Source: Deltaproteobacteria bacterium (lineage in GTDB: Bacteria > Desulfobacterota > Dissulfuribacteria > Dissulfuribacterales > UBA3076). From it: 47,507 nt of DNA. This document shows, piece by piece, positions 1 through 9,370 of this stretch (the stretch's first letter is position 1; each line of letters starts with the position of its first letter). Below the pieces are notes generated by a model. It searched no databases. It was not told where the DNA came from and was given only the letters and a program-made list of their open reading frames with translations. Location: the NCBI GenBank assembly GCA_019310825.1, contig JAFDDO010000001.1:1-47507 (forward strand), in the 5' to 3' direction. The position numbers were made by a program, and so were the translations under genes.

Positions 1-1866
1 TGTCAGGGAGGCCTCTATTACTGTTGTAGCAGTTTCTTCATCTCGAGTTTCGCCTACCATTATCACATCCGGATCTGCCCTTAAAAAGGCCCTGAGAACC
101 CGGGCAAAGGTCAGGCCAATATGGGGTTTCACCTGCACCTGACGCAATCCCTCCTGCATGATTTCTACAGGATCTTCTACTGTCCAGATTTTTTTCTCAG
201 GCCGATTTATATGGCCAAGTGCAGAATGCAGGGTAGTTGTTTTTCCTGATCCGGTAGGACCAACTGCCAATATCAGCCCATACGGCAATTGCAAAAGCTG
301 TTTTATTTGCTCTAGGTTTTGATCAAGAAGCCCTATGCGATCAATCGGCATGGCATCGGAAGAGGCCAGTAACCTGAGTACGGCATCTTCGTTGCCATCA
401 GTTGTAGGAAGTATGGCTACACGTAATTCCAAGGGCCTACCAGAGCGAGTCTTGAATTTTATTTTTCCGTCTTGAGGCAGGCGTTTTTCGGCAATATCAA
501 GGTTAGACATGATCTTGATTCTGGATATCATGGCCCGCTTGTAGTTATACGGAATGGTCTGATAGCGCATGCAATCGCCATCAATCCTGAAACGGACCAG
601 GGATCCCCGTTTGCCTGCCGAGGATTCAATGTGTATATCAGAGGCCCTGCGTTGGAAGGCATCCTCTATAATTTTATTGGCTATCTGGACTACTACACTA
701 TCAGCTTCTGATGCTAAGCTATCATCCTCCTCTTCCTCTAATTCAGTGTCCTCATCAACCAGATCCAGTTGCTCAAATACGTCATCATCAGATCCTTCTA
801 CGGAATATTTTCCATAGAAATAGTCTATGAATCTGTTGATATCTTCCTTTAGGGAAACTGCAAATTGAAAGTTTTTGGCCTTAAGAACCCTTCTGATATT
901 GTCTGTCTTTGCTAAGTCATGGGGGTTATCCAGTGCAACTATAAGGACCCCTGATTTTTCGCGAATCGGTGCACAAAAATTGGTCCTGAAAAAGTGTTCT
1001 TTGATCCCACGCACACAAGATGGCGTGGTTCCTACTTCCAGTTCGTCAAATTCCACAAAGGGACATCGATAGTATTCGCTAAGGGAGCGGCCGAGTTCTG
1101 TTTTGTCTATGCCAAACTGGTTTAGCAGAATACTTTCTATGGATTGCTTTCCCTGTTTGGCCAGCTCTTTGGTCCTGCCAAGTTGTTCTTCAGAGAGGAG
1201 CTGATTACGAATCAGATAATAGAATCGGCCATACTTCTGAGCGTTCTGGGAAAGGCTCTCAAGCCTTTGTTTGGCGTTTCTAAAAGCAGGATCAAGACGG
1301 ATGATTTGTTCCAGCGCCTCAATGGCCTTGGGCATCGCACCGGTTCGTTCATGGGTAAGTGCCAGTTGATATAGTACATCCAACCTTTCGTCCTTGGAGA
1401 GTTGTGTGTCCTCAAGCGATTCCTCTAAATATTCAAGGGCCTCAAAGGGCATATCCACCTGTAGATATGATTCCCCAATTTTCGATCGAATCACCCCTGG
1501 CCTGTATTCTGCTTCAAGTAAACTTTTTAGTTCTTCTATAGCCTCCGGATGAAAGCCCGCATCTATCAGACCCATACAACTACTGAATTTATTATCCTGA
1601 TATTCTTTAAGGTCTTCAGGTTTAAGATCTTCAGGGCTAGTAGTGAAATCCTTTTCCCCTGATGGGACTGTTCCCATGCCATCAACCTGAAGTTTTTTCA
1701 GGCGGGATTCTATTTCACTATGGAAAGGATGAGATTTATCACCTGTCAGTTCCAGAAGCTCTAAACAAATAAGACGGGCTTCTTCATTAAGACCTTGGCT
1801 ATAATAAAGATCGGCTTCTGCCAACATGGTTTTTAAATTGTCCGAAGTTGAAGCATGATTATTCAT
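1..1866 (-). CDS. GspE/PilB-family (type II/IV secretion) ATPase with N-terminal TPR region; 3' end runs off the window
   Basis: Own minus-strand translation from the ATG at 1866-1864 gives MNNHASTSDNLKTMLAEADLYYSQGLNEEA... This shows TPR-like helices, a T2SSE_N-like segment (YLIRNQLLSEEQLGRTKELAKQ...ILLNQFGI), then ASDIHIE, RFRIDG, LPQDG and Walker A GPTGSGKTT. It is absent from the ORF track because there is no stop inside the window. Confidence 0.85.
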   Translation of the reverse strand, partial: MNNHASTSDNLKTMLAEADLYYSQGLNEEARLICLELLELTGDKSHPFHSEIESRLKKLQVDGMGTVPSGEKDFTTSPEDLKPEDLKEYQDNKFSSCMGLIDAGFHPEAIEELKSLLEAEYRPGVIRSKIGESYLQVDMPFEALEYLEESLEDTQLSKDERLDVLYQLALTHERTGAMPKAIEALEQIIRLDPAFRNAKQRLESLSQNAQKYGRFYYLIRNQLLSEEQLGRTKELAKQGKQSIESILLNQFGIDKTELGRSLSEYYRCPFVEFDELEVGTTPSCVRGIKEHFFRTNFCAPIREKSGVLIVALDNPHDLAKTDNIRRVLKAKNFQFAVSLKEDINRFIDYFYGKYSVEGSDDDVFEQLDLVDEDTELEEEEDDSLASEADSVVVQIANKIIEDAFQRRASDIHIESSAGKRGSLVRFRIDGDCMRYQTIPYNYKRAMISRIKIMSNLDIAEKRLPQDGKIKFKTRSGRPLELRVAILPTTDGNEDAVLRLLASSDAMPIDRIGLLDQNLEQIKQLLQLPYGLILAVGPTGSGKTTTLHSALGHINRPEKKIWTVEDPVEIMQEGLRQVQVKPHIGLTFARVLRAFLRADPDVIMVGETRDEETATTVIEASLT

Positions 1867-3520
1867 TTGTCAGTGTATTTAAAAGGCTTTCCAGCGTTGC
1901 CACGGATATTTGTTTGTCCTCTATCCTCAGGTTACCAACCCATTGTCCATTATTCTTTGCGGACGGTTCCCAGGAACACTCAGGAGTTACAGAAATGGTT
2001 TTTAACGTAGTTTCCAGCATAAGGACCAGTCCTTTATCTTCACGGAATAGGACTAATACAGTCGGATTGTCTGACGGCTGAGAGTGACTGGAAGATGAAA
2101 TCGATTTTTGTAGTACTGGAAATTCGAGTTTTATAAGCTGTGATTCTTTCTGATTCGACAATTTTCCCTGCATCAATGGCTGAATTTTTGTCCATGGCCA
2201 AGCCTTGAGCTTCTTTAATTTAAAAGTTTTCAGCTTATTAAGTCCTTTTTTTGTCCAGCGGGGGGCGGTCCCTGCAAATGCGACATCTTCAGGGACAAAT
2301 GCAACTTGCTTTTGGTCCCATTGGCCAATTACAAGTTCATGCCAAGGGCAGGAAATCCTCACTGAGGGTGTTTCTTCTTTATCAATTTCTATGGTAATGT
2401 CTTCGGCTCGTTGAGCAGCATAATCACGCACACCAGAAGATGGATCGTAATCGCCGGTTAATGCCTTTTCCAATATTTTCTTTTGTTCTTCAATCCTATC
2501 TTTAATATTTTGCTGAAAATGATGTAGCTTTTCCATCCCCTGAGTTTGGGCAAGGAGCTTTTCAACTGGTAAAATGTAACTTATACAGTCATCAAGGATT
2601 TTGATATGGGATTTGACTACACTTACAAGCACCGAGTGCTCAAGGAACTCCGACTCAATGGCCGCTGCCTTTTCTTGTATGTCCGCCTCTAAAATGGAAT
2701 CATTGATCTGTTCCTGTTGATCGGAAAATTTTTCTTTTTGGGAAGTCTTCCGGACTTCATCTTCAAACCCTGGTTCAAGATCATCGACATCTTCAATAAG
2801 GCGTTCCAAAACCGCCTCCTCGGGCACTTCGTGGGCAACTTCAGGCACATCCATGTCTATGGCTGATTCAAGCTCTTTTTTGGCGAATCTAAAGAGTTCC
2901 TCTTTAGCCTTTGGGTCCTGCCCCTCGTTCCAAACAAGGTTTTTGAAAGTGTCAAGGCCTCTCTGCAGAACTTCGGGGCCGGAAGTAGGCATTTTTTCAG
3001 GATGGTCCGCAATCCCTTCAAGGAGACTTATCATAAGATTGAGCAATTCGTGAAGATTTTTGTCTGCCCCTATCTTTGGACTTTCCCGGATTAACTCTAC
3101 CATGTTTTTGGCTGATACTGCTTGTGTCTGAGTGACTTCCCACTCCAGGGTCAATAACAGTTGGTTAAGTTGGCTGAACTGTTGTTCCAAATTGACCTCT
3201 TCAGTCTCTTTCTCCTCAAAATCAGGCTCCCGACCTGAGCCTAATTCCGATATCTTTTTGTCAATGGTATTTTCTATCTGTTCAGCAGGAGCTTCCATCT
3301 CTATGGTATCTGAGAGCTTTATTCCATCAGGCGACTTTTCTTCCTTGCCTACAACCTGAGAGGACTGCCCTTGATCTGTTTTAACTTGCGATAACTCTCT
3401 AACTTCACTAGTTAAAGGATCTATTTCTATCTGTCGTGATGCACTAAATAGTTCGTCAATAGTACTTTCTACGTTTCTAGCGAAGTCTTCGGGATCAGGA
3501 ATTATTTTTGTCTGATCCAT
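1859..3520 (-). CDS. Hypothetical highly acidic 553-aa protein; C-terminal ~150 aa possibly CheW-like
   Basis: Long ORF. Its stop overlaps the downstream ATG (ATGAATAA at 1859-1866). The D/E-rich helical N-terminal two thirds belong to no family I recognise. The C-terminal part (VLVLFREDKGLVLMLE...WVGNLRIEDKQISVATLESLL) resembles the CheW fold pattern by eye only. Confidence 0.55.
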   Translation of the reverse strand: MDQTKIIPDPEDFARNVESTIDELFSASRQIEIDPLTSEVRELSQVKTDQGQSSQVVGKEEKSPDGIKLSDTIEMEAPAEQIENTIDKKISELGSGREPDFEEKETEEVNLEQQFSQLNQLLLTLEWEVTQTQAVSAKNMVELIRESPKIGADKNLHELLNLMISLLEGIADHPEKMPTSGPEVLQRGLDTFKNLVWNEGQDPKAKEELFRFAKKELESAIDMDVPEVAHEVPEEAVLERLIEDVDDLEPGFEDEVRKTSQKEKFSDQQEQINDSILEADIQEKAAAIESEFLEHSVLVSVVKSHIKILDDCISYILPVEKLLAQTQGMEKLHHFQQNIKDRIEEQKKILEKALTGDYDPSSGVRDYAAQRAEDITIEIDKEETPSVRISCPWHELVIGQWDQKQVAFVPEDVAFAGTAPRWTKKGLNKLKTFKLKKLKAWPWTKIQPLMQGKLSNQKESQLIKLEFPVLQKSISSSSHSQPSDNPTVLVLFREDKGLVLMLETTLKTISVTPECSWEPSAKNNGQWVGNLRIEDKQISVATLESLLNTLTNE

Positions 3521-3621
3521 GGCTTTTCTCCTTGAATATTTTATATTTCAACAACTAACCTGACGCAACTATTCACTCCCTGCCAAGGCAGTGTAAACGG
3601 TTACAGCCTGAGAATGTTTCC

Positions 3622-4239
3622 TCAGTGATTTATTGAAAGATGCTTTGTTGCCACATAGTGGATGGTCCTCTTGCTTATTTCTTTCAGGGTTTCAAAGACC
3701 CCTATTCCTTTAATAGCTGCTGCTTCAAAAACTTTTGTATTAAGTTCGCTGTTCAGGTCTACTTCAAGCTCTTCTTTAGTCAGCGTCGGTATGGGTGTCG
3801 GCACAAGATCACATTTGTTGAATTGAAGAACGATTGGGATTTCTTCCGTAGTTAAATTATACTCAAAAAGATTGCGGTGTAGATCTTGGAAACTTTCCCT
3901 GTTCTTTTCACGACGTACTTTAAGACAGTCAGCAACAAAGACCAGACCATCCACACCCTTGAGGACCAGTTTCCTGGTAGCTTCATAAATGACCTGGCCT
4001 GGCACTGTGTAAAGCTGGATTCTTATATCAAAGCCATTTATTTTCCCCAAATTTAAGGGAAGGAGGTCAAAAAAAAGTGTCCTCTCTCCTTTTGTCTCGA
4101 TAGTCAGCATTTTGCTTCGGGCTTGATTATTCATGGCATTATATATGTAGAGCAAATTCGTAGTCTTCCCGCATCGTCCGGGACCGTAGTAAACTATCTT
4201 GCAGTGTATTTCCTTTTTGCTGAGATTTATTAACGCCAT
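3622..4239 (-). CDS. mglA: MglA-like Ras-superfamily small GTPase
   Basis: 205 aa. The N-terminus INLSKKEIHCKIVYYGPGRCGKTTNL matches Myxococcus MglA closely. The MglA-specific G3 motif LYTVPGQ and G4 motif NKCD are present. Confidence 0.85.
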   Translation of the reverse strand: MALINLSKKEIHCKIVYYGPGRCGKTTNLLYIYNAMNNQARSKMLTIETKGERTLFFDLLPLNLGKINGFDIRIQLYTVPGQVIYEATRKLVLKGVDGLVFVADCLKVRREKNRESFQDLHRNLFEYNLTTEEIPIVLQFNKCDLVPTPIPTLTKEELEVDLNSELNTKVFEAAAIKGIGVFETLKEISKRTIHYVATKHLSINH

Positions 4240-4241
4240 AT

Positions 4242-4643
4242 TTAATTATTTTGGCCAAATGCCTTTTCTATGGTTTTTGCCAATTGTGCCACTCTTAGCC
4301 TGACCAAACCCAGAGAGACATTCTCGCCAAATATTGTTACAAGAATTAAATCAGTACTTATTCGTGCAAAGTGTATGCTATCTTTTTTCCCTTTGTGAAA
4401 CAGGAGTGCAAAATCGTCTTCTCCTATCAGCTTTGCAATTTGTGAAGTGACACCAAAGTTGGCTGCTGCCAGCGCAGCAAGAGAAGTCGTGTCAAGATCG
4501 CAGGTTCTATGCCCGCAAGCAGCCACAACATTGCCAGCTTCGTCAATCAGAATAACAGTATTAACGCCTGCTTTAATAAGGACATTCTCTATCTGTATTT
4601 TGGTCTCTTCCAGGACCGATGTAGTCAACACTAAATCAGCCAT
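4242..4643 (-). CDS. mglB: MglB-like Roadblock/LC7 domain protein (putative GAP partner of MglA)
   Basis: Small protein 2 nt upstream of mglA with a Roadblock-type pattern (VNTVILIDEAGNVVAACG...LAALAAANFG...LILVTIF). The start is taken at the internal MADLV; the ORF track start is at 4673. Confidence 0.7.
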   Translation of the reverse strand: MADLVLTTSVLEETKIQIENVLIKAGVNTVILIDEAGNVVAACGHRTCDLDTTSLAALAAANFGVTSQIAKLIGEDDFALLFHKGKKDSIHFARISTDLILVTIFGENVSLGLVRLRVAQLAKTIEKAFGQNN

Positions 4644-5387
4644 GGTTAATTTCCCCAAAAAAAGAAAAGCCATTCTGTATCAAAGACACATAAATTCTCA
4701 ATTGAGACTCCTGGATTTAAGGTTCTAATGCCTTTATCGACCAGATCATTTAGGATGTTAAGGATTTCTGTGGCGGGTCCGTTTTTTCTGATCGTAGAAA
4801 TTGCATCTGAGTATTACCTTGCATTAAACTCAGCGGTCAACAAATAACTTATAGCCAGATCGAGGTGTTGGATTCCAGATAGAGCCAGGGATTACTATAA
4901 ATCAATTTGTTCAGAAAATTTGGCATAATTTTGGTCTGGATAGACGCCTTGAACATCCTAAAACGACCATTTTGCCTCTTGTCCCTGACCGATTTTCGTC
5001 AAAAAAAGTTTATTTTAACTGCACGAAATGCCTAATTGCATGGTTTGGACAAACGCGTAATGCTCCCGTTTTGATCCAGGTCCAATGAGATAGATATGGT
5101 TGAGACTAGTAGATCTGCTTCCTGGGCTTGTTGGTGATGATAAGGTGACCGAACCAGGAAAATCATGAGGCTCTCGCAAAATTCTGTCTTCGGTCCGATG
5201 GATGCGTTGCTCGTTGTCAAAAGTGCTCACGTATTCAAATACACTCCACGTTTTTTCCAGAATGAGTGTGTACCCCTCTTCAATTATCAAGAAATTGAAC
5301 TTAATGGTCGATAACAAATTAAGATCAGAAAGAATATCTCATGGAATTTTTTATTTGATGCTTGAAGTTAATGTCAAGGGAGTCAAA

Positions 5388-6428
5388 ATGATTGAGCAAA
5401 CTAAAAGCAGAGAAGGGTTGATTTTCAAGACTGTAGAAAGCCGTTTAACTTCAGGACGATTTCAGCATTGGAAGACAAAATTAATGCGCCAGGCTATGGA
5501 GGCGAACAAAGAGCTGTGGCTGATCTTGTCCATGTTTTCTATCATTGGCATCATGAATTATCTATTGACCGCCCAGCAGATGTTGCTGCAGCTATACGTC
5601 ATGCCTACCATTTTTTCCGCCTATTTTTTCGGACGTCGCCATGCCGTTCTGACCGCAGTGGCCAGCATCTTACTAGTAGGTCTTGTTTTATACTTCAACT
5701 CAGATCTGTTCAAAGAGATGGAACAATTCAATTCAGTAAGCGGCCAATGGTATGAAATCATGGCTTGGGCCAGTATGTTAGTGATCATTGCATATTCAAT
5801 GGGTACTCTCTATGAACGTCAGGCATCACAGATGAGTGAACTCCAGAAGACCTACCGGGGTCTTCTGGTAATTCTGCGCCATTTCATTTCCAAAGATAAG
5901 TATACCGAAAACCATTGTTATCGCGTTTCGATCTATTCAGCTAAAATCGCTACCTACCTCGGACTCGCTCCTCCACAGATTGAAACGGTTCGTGCCGCTG
6001 CCTTGCTCCATGACATTGGAAAAATCGATATCGGCCGGGAAATTCTTTACAAGGCAGCGCAATTAACCAGGGAAGAGCGTGAAACAATGAAAAAACATGT
6101 GGAACTGGGTGCTGATATTCTGGATTTAGTAGAAGCTCCCCTAGGCAAGATTATTCCTATCATTTTGGCTCACCACGACAAACATGATGGATCGGGCTAT
6201 CATCCGATCAACGGAGAGAAGATCCCTATAGAGGCTAAAGTCCTCTCCGTGGCAGATGTATATGATGCCCTGGTAAGCGATCGTCCTTACCGCAAGGCAT
6301 TATCTCCATTTGAAGCCAAGGAAATCATCATTAAAGGTTCGGGAAAGGATTTTGATCCCAAAGTCGTCGATGCTTTCATCGGAGTTTTCCAAAATGGAGA
6401 AATGGAAATTCCAAACCTGATGATTTAG
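5388..6428 (+). CDS. Membrane-anchored HD-GYP domain protein (putative c-di-GMP phosphodiesterase)
   Basis: Contains HCYRVS, LLHDIGKI and HHDKHDGSGYHP motifs, preceded by 3-4 hydrophobic helices. The ATG at 5388 follows AAGGGA with about 8-nt spacing. The ORF track start at 5202 is probably too far upstream. Confidence 0.8.
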   Translation: MIEQTKSREGLIFKTVESRLTSGRFQHWKTKLMRQAMEANKELWLILSMFSIIGIMNYLLTAQQMLLQLYVMPTIFSAYFFGRRHAVLTAVASILLVGLVLYFNSDLFKEMEQFNSVSGQWYEIMAWASMLVIIAYSMGTLYERQASQMSELQKTYRGLLVILRHFISKDKYTENHCYRVSIYSAKIATYLGLAPPQIETVRAAALLHDIGKIDIGREILYKAAQLTREERETMKKHVELGADILDLVEAPLGKIIPIILAHHDKHDGSGYHPINGEKIPIEAKVLSVADVYDALVSDRPYRKALSPFEAKEIIIKGSGKDFDPKVVDAFIGVFQNGEMEIPNLMI

Positions 6429-6486
6429 TATTTTTTCGGCAACATGTATTAAGACAACATCAGGCTGTCAACCGGAAAATGAACAA

Positions 6487-8431
6487 TTATATCAGGAACT
6501 CTTCCACCTTCCTGGCAATGCTTTCGGCATCAAGGCCCTGAAGGCGATACAAGTCATCTGGCTTGCCCGAAGAACTATAGTGTGTCACTCCTATAGTGAG
6601 GAGCTGCTGGTGTGCGCCTGCCCTCACAAGTTCCTGCGCCACCACGGCCCCCAAGCCTGTGTGGGCCACATGGTCTTCAACCGTTATGAGGGGCCCTTTC
6701 TTAGCTGCCTCAAGTATTGATTCTCTGTCTATGGGCTTGAGAGAAGCCATGTTGAGTACCCCTGTTGACAGGCCCTCTGAGTCGAGAATTGACCATGATT
6801 CGAGAACCTGGGATGTGGCTGAGCCATAGGTAAGAAAAGTGGCCTTATCTCCCTGTCTCAACCAATCTGCCCGCCCAGGCTGAAATACATAGTCCGCATC
6901 GTAAAATGGTTTTCCATCCTTTGTGGTAATAATTGACAATTTAGACCTTCCCATACCCACAAAAACATTGCCCGGATTGGTAGCCACATAACGGACTATC
7001 CTGTCGGTTTGATTTGGATCTGCCGGCATAAATATGGAGAAGCCAAAAAGGTTATTGAAAAGTCCCACATAGTCAAGACTTTGATGGGTGGGGCCATCTT
7101 CTCCCACGTCTAGTCCCAGATGAGTAGATACAATTTTAAGATGGGTTTCATTGAGGTCATTTAAGCGGTGCTGGTTGTAAGTCTCCGCTACAGCAAAGAC
7201 ACCAAAGGTACTGAAGAAGGTAGCTAATCCCTCCCTGCTCACTGCTCCAGCACAGGTAGCTGCGTGGTGCTCTTGTATGCCTGTCTCTATGAAGGTGCTT
7301 GGAGAAACGCTGTGAAACCCTTGCATCTTTACTGATCCTTCCAGATCACAGCTAAATCCTACAATCTTTGGGGCAGAACCAGGAACATTGTTCCTTTGGG
7401 CTAGATCCTTTAATGCTGCGCCGTATGCAGAGCGGCAGTCTGTTTTGTTTTCAGTACCGTAGACAATAGGTTTTCCAGAATCAATAGATGGATAATTGAT
7501 TTCTGGTTTTTTGTTAGTGCCCTTTATTTTGTGTTCAGTCCTGTTCTTTGACCACATCTCAAGTAGGCCCTGATCTTGTCCTAGTTCTCTCAAAGCTGCA
7601 TGGGCATCATCCTTTGGCAGCGGAGCCCCATGATACTTTGCCTTATCCTCCATAAAGGAGATACCTTTTCCCATGACGGTACGCGTGATCAGAACAGTGG
7701 GGCGGTTGGGTACAAGGCCGGCATGTGTCCACGCCCTCTTCAGGGCCTTGAATATGGTCTGAAAATCATGGCCGTCCGGCACATACAATACATTCCAGCC
7801 TGCGGCAGAATATTCATCCCTTACACGGACAGGCATGACATCTTCAGTAGAACCTCCAATCTGGAGATGATTCCTGTCGACCACACCGATCAGGTTCCCT
7901 TGTCCGAACTTTGTTGAAAAACGTCTGGCTTCAGCTATCTGTCCCTTCTGCTGTTCTCCGTCGCCCATGAGGACGATTGTTTTGCCCGGCCGATCAAGAA
8001 GATTTTGGGCAAGACATATGCCTGTACCTACGGAAAGACCCTGGCCAAGATTTCCAGTATTCCACTCAATTCCCGGCATGGTTCGTTCTACATGGCCGGC
8101 ACAGGGTGAACCGGCGCGACGAAACTCGGTAAGGAAATCTTCCTCTGAGAAATAACCAAATTCAGCAAGTACGCTGTAGACACACGGAGAGATATGCCCG
8201 ATGCTGGTCACGGTCTGGCCAGAGGGGTTCTGCCGGACGATGTTTGATTACGCTGTAAAGGACAATCAGGGTGTGCAGAGAAGAAAGAGAGCCACCGGGA
8301 TGACCGCTTTTTGCAAGGGTAGTAGAAAGAATAATGCGCGTGGCACATCTGTTCCACATGGCCTGTAGCTCAGAAATCTGTTCCTGTGTAAGTTCGTTTT
8401 GTTTTTCTATATCTATGTAAAACATAGGCAT
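6487..8431 (-). pseudogene. tkt: Transketolase, reading frame interrupted near 8205-8215
   Basis: ORF 8162-8431 encodes the transketolase N-terminus (SGHPGGSLSS...EPLWPDRD). ORF 6487-8211 continues in another frame with VTSIGHISPCVYSVLAEFGYF...GHVE...GNLGQG...GDGEQQKG and the full Pyr and C-terminal domains. The usual DR(F)V residues at the junction are missing. Confidence 0.7.
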
Positions 8432-8432
8432 G

Positions 8433-8580
8433 CTTCACTACAAGTCAAAAGTAATTAACACTTTGTTGATCTTGTATTTTGACAGTAAAATTTGAAAACT
8501 AAAATTTGAAATTGAGAAAAATACAAAGATATAGACGCGTTACCTAATTTCTAATTTCAAATTTCCAGTTTCGACAGCGG
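8433..8580. repeat. ~145-nt intergenic element, copy A (partner at 43104-43244), with an internal AT-rich heptamer-array hairpin
   Basis: By-eye alignment with 43104-43244 is identical at most positions, with one ~6-nt indel. Hairpin arms are 8488-8519 (aaatttgaaaactaaaatttgaaattgagaaa) and 8543-8575 (cctaatttctaatttcaaatttccagtttcgac). Confidence 0.75.
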
Positions 8581-8596
8581 TTACTTCAGTAATGTT

Positions 8597-9160
8597 TTAT
8601 TTCTTATCCTTTTTGTTCTTGGATTTTACCTGGTTATCATAGGCTTTTATGACCTCCTCCGTAATATCTACATCAGAGTTAATGAAATATATACCAGGCA
8701 TGTTTTTGTCCAGAATGAGCGTGTATCCACCTTCCTCACCAATATGGCTCACAACCTTTTCCAGTTCATTGAGTATTGGCTCCATGCTTTTGGTTTCTGC
8801 CTGGCGCATTTCAAACTGAGCATCCTCTTTTTCATCTTGAAGATCCCGAAAAGCCTTTTTATATTCGCGCTCCTTTTCTGCCCTGGCAGCCTCGTTCATT
8901 AAAGGACCTTTTTTTTCAATGTCTTCCTTAAATGCATTGATCTCATCCTGTTTATCCCTGAGTTGTTTCTGCAAATTTGTAAGTTTCTTGTTGAGCTTCT
9001 CCATGGCCTTTTGGCCGGCCACGGATTTTCGTACCACTTTTTGCATATTGATAACAGCTATCTTTGCCTGAGCTGTTTCTCCAGCAGTTACACTACAGCA
9101 CAGGACCGCGGTCCACAAAAAAATAAGCAGCACAGGTATTAAGCTTAGGCGACCTTTCAT
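8597..9160 (-). CDS. skp: Periplasmic chaperone Skp/OmpH family
   Basis: Signal peptide followed by AKIAVINMQKV, then a long K/E-rich coiled region and YTLILDK near the C-terminus. This is the typical OmpH architecture. Confidence 0.8.
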   Translation of the reverse strand: MKGRLSLIPVLLIFLWTAVLCCSVTAGETAQAKIAVINMQKVVRKSVAGQKAMEKLNKKLTNLQKQLRDKQDEINAFKEDIEKKGPLMNEAARAEKEREYKKAFRDLQDEKEDAQFEMRQAETKSMEPILNELEKVVSHIGEEGGYTLILDKNMPGIYFINSDVDITEEVIKAYDNQVKSKNKKDKK

Positions 9161-9370
9161 AAGACAATCACTACCCCCTGAGCCCTTTCATAACTCCCAT
9201 GTCCTGCCATAAGGCTATATCGCCCGTTGGTGAAAAATGCCGACAAACTTTACAGCTTGCCATTGAACAAGGCTAAGAGTTTTTTCAAAAGGCACTTTTG
9301 CAAAATAATGACCACAGCGTCGCCATGCAGCGCTTGGTCAACGTTTCTTTGGATATCAAAACCTTTTAGA

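Noticed and set aside
5015-5317. 100-aa minus-strand ORF in the 700-bp divergent region (a second ORF, 5032-5220, overlaps it)
   Set aside because: It has no RBS, no recognisable family and a low-complexity S/T/P tail. It overlaps the upstream extension of the HD-GYP ORF. It might be a gene remnant, but I cannot support a call.
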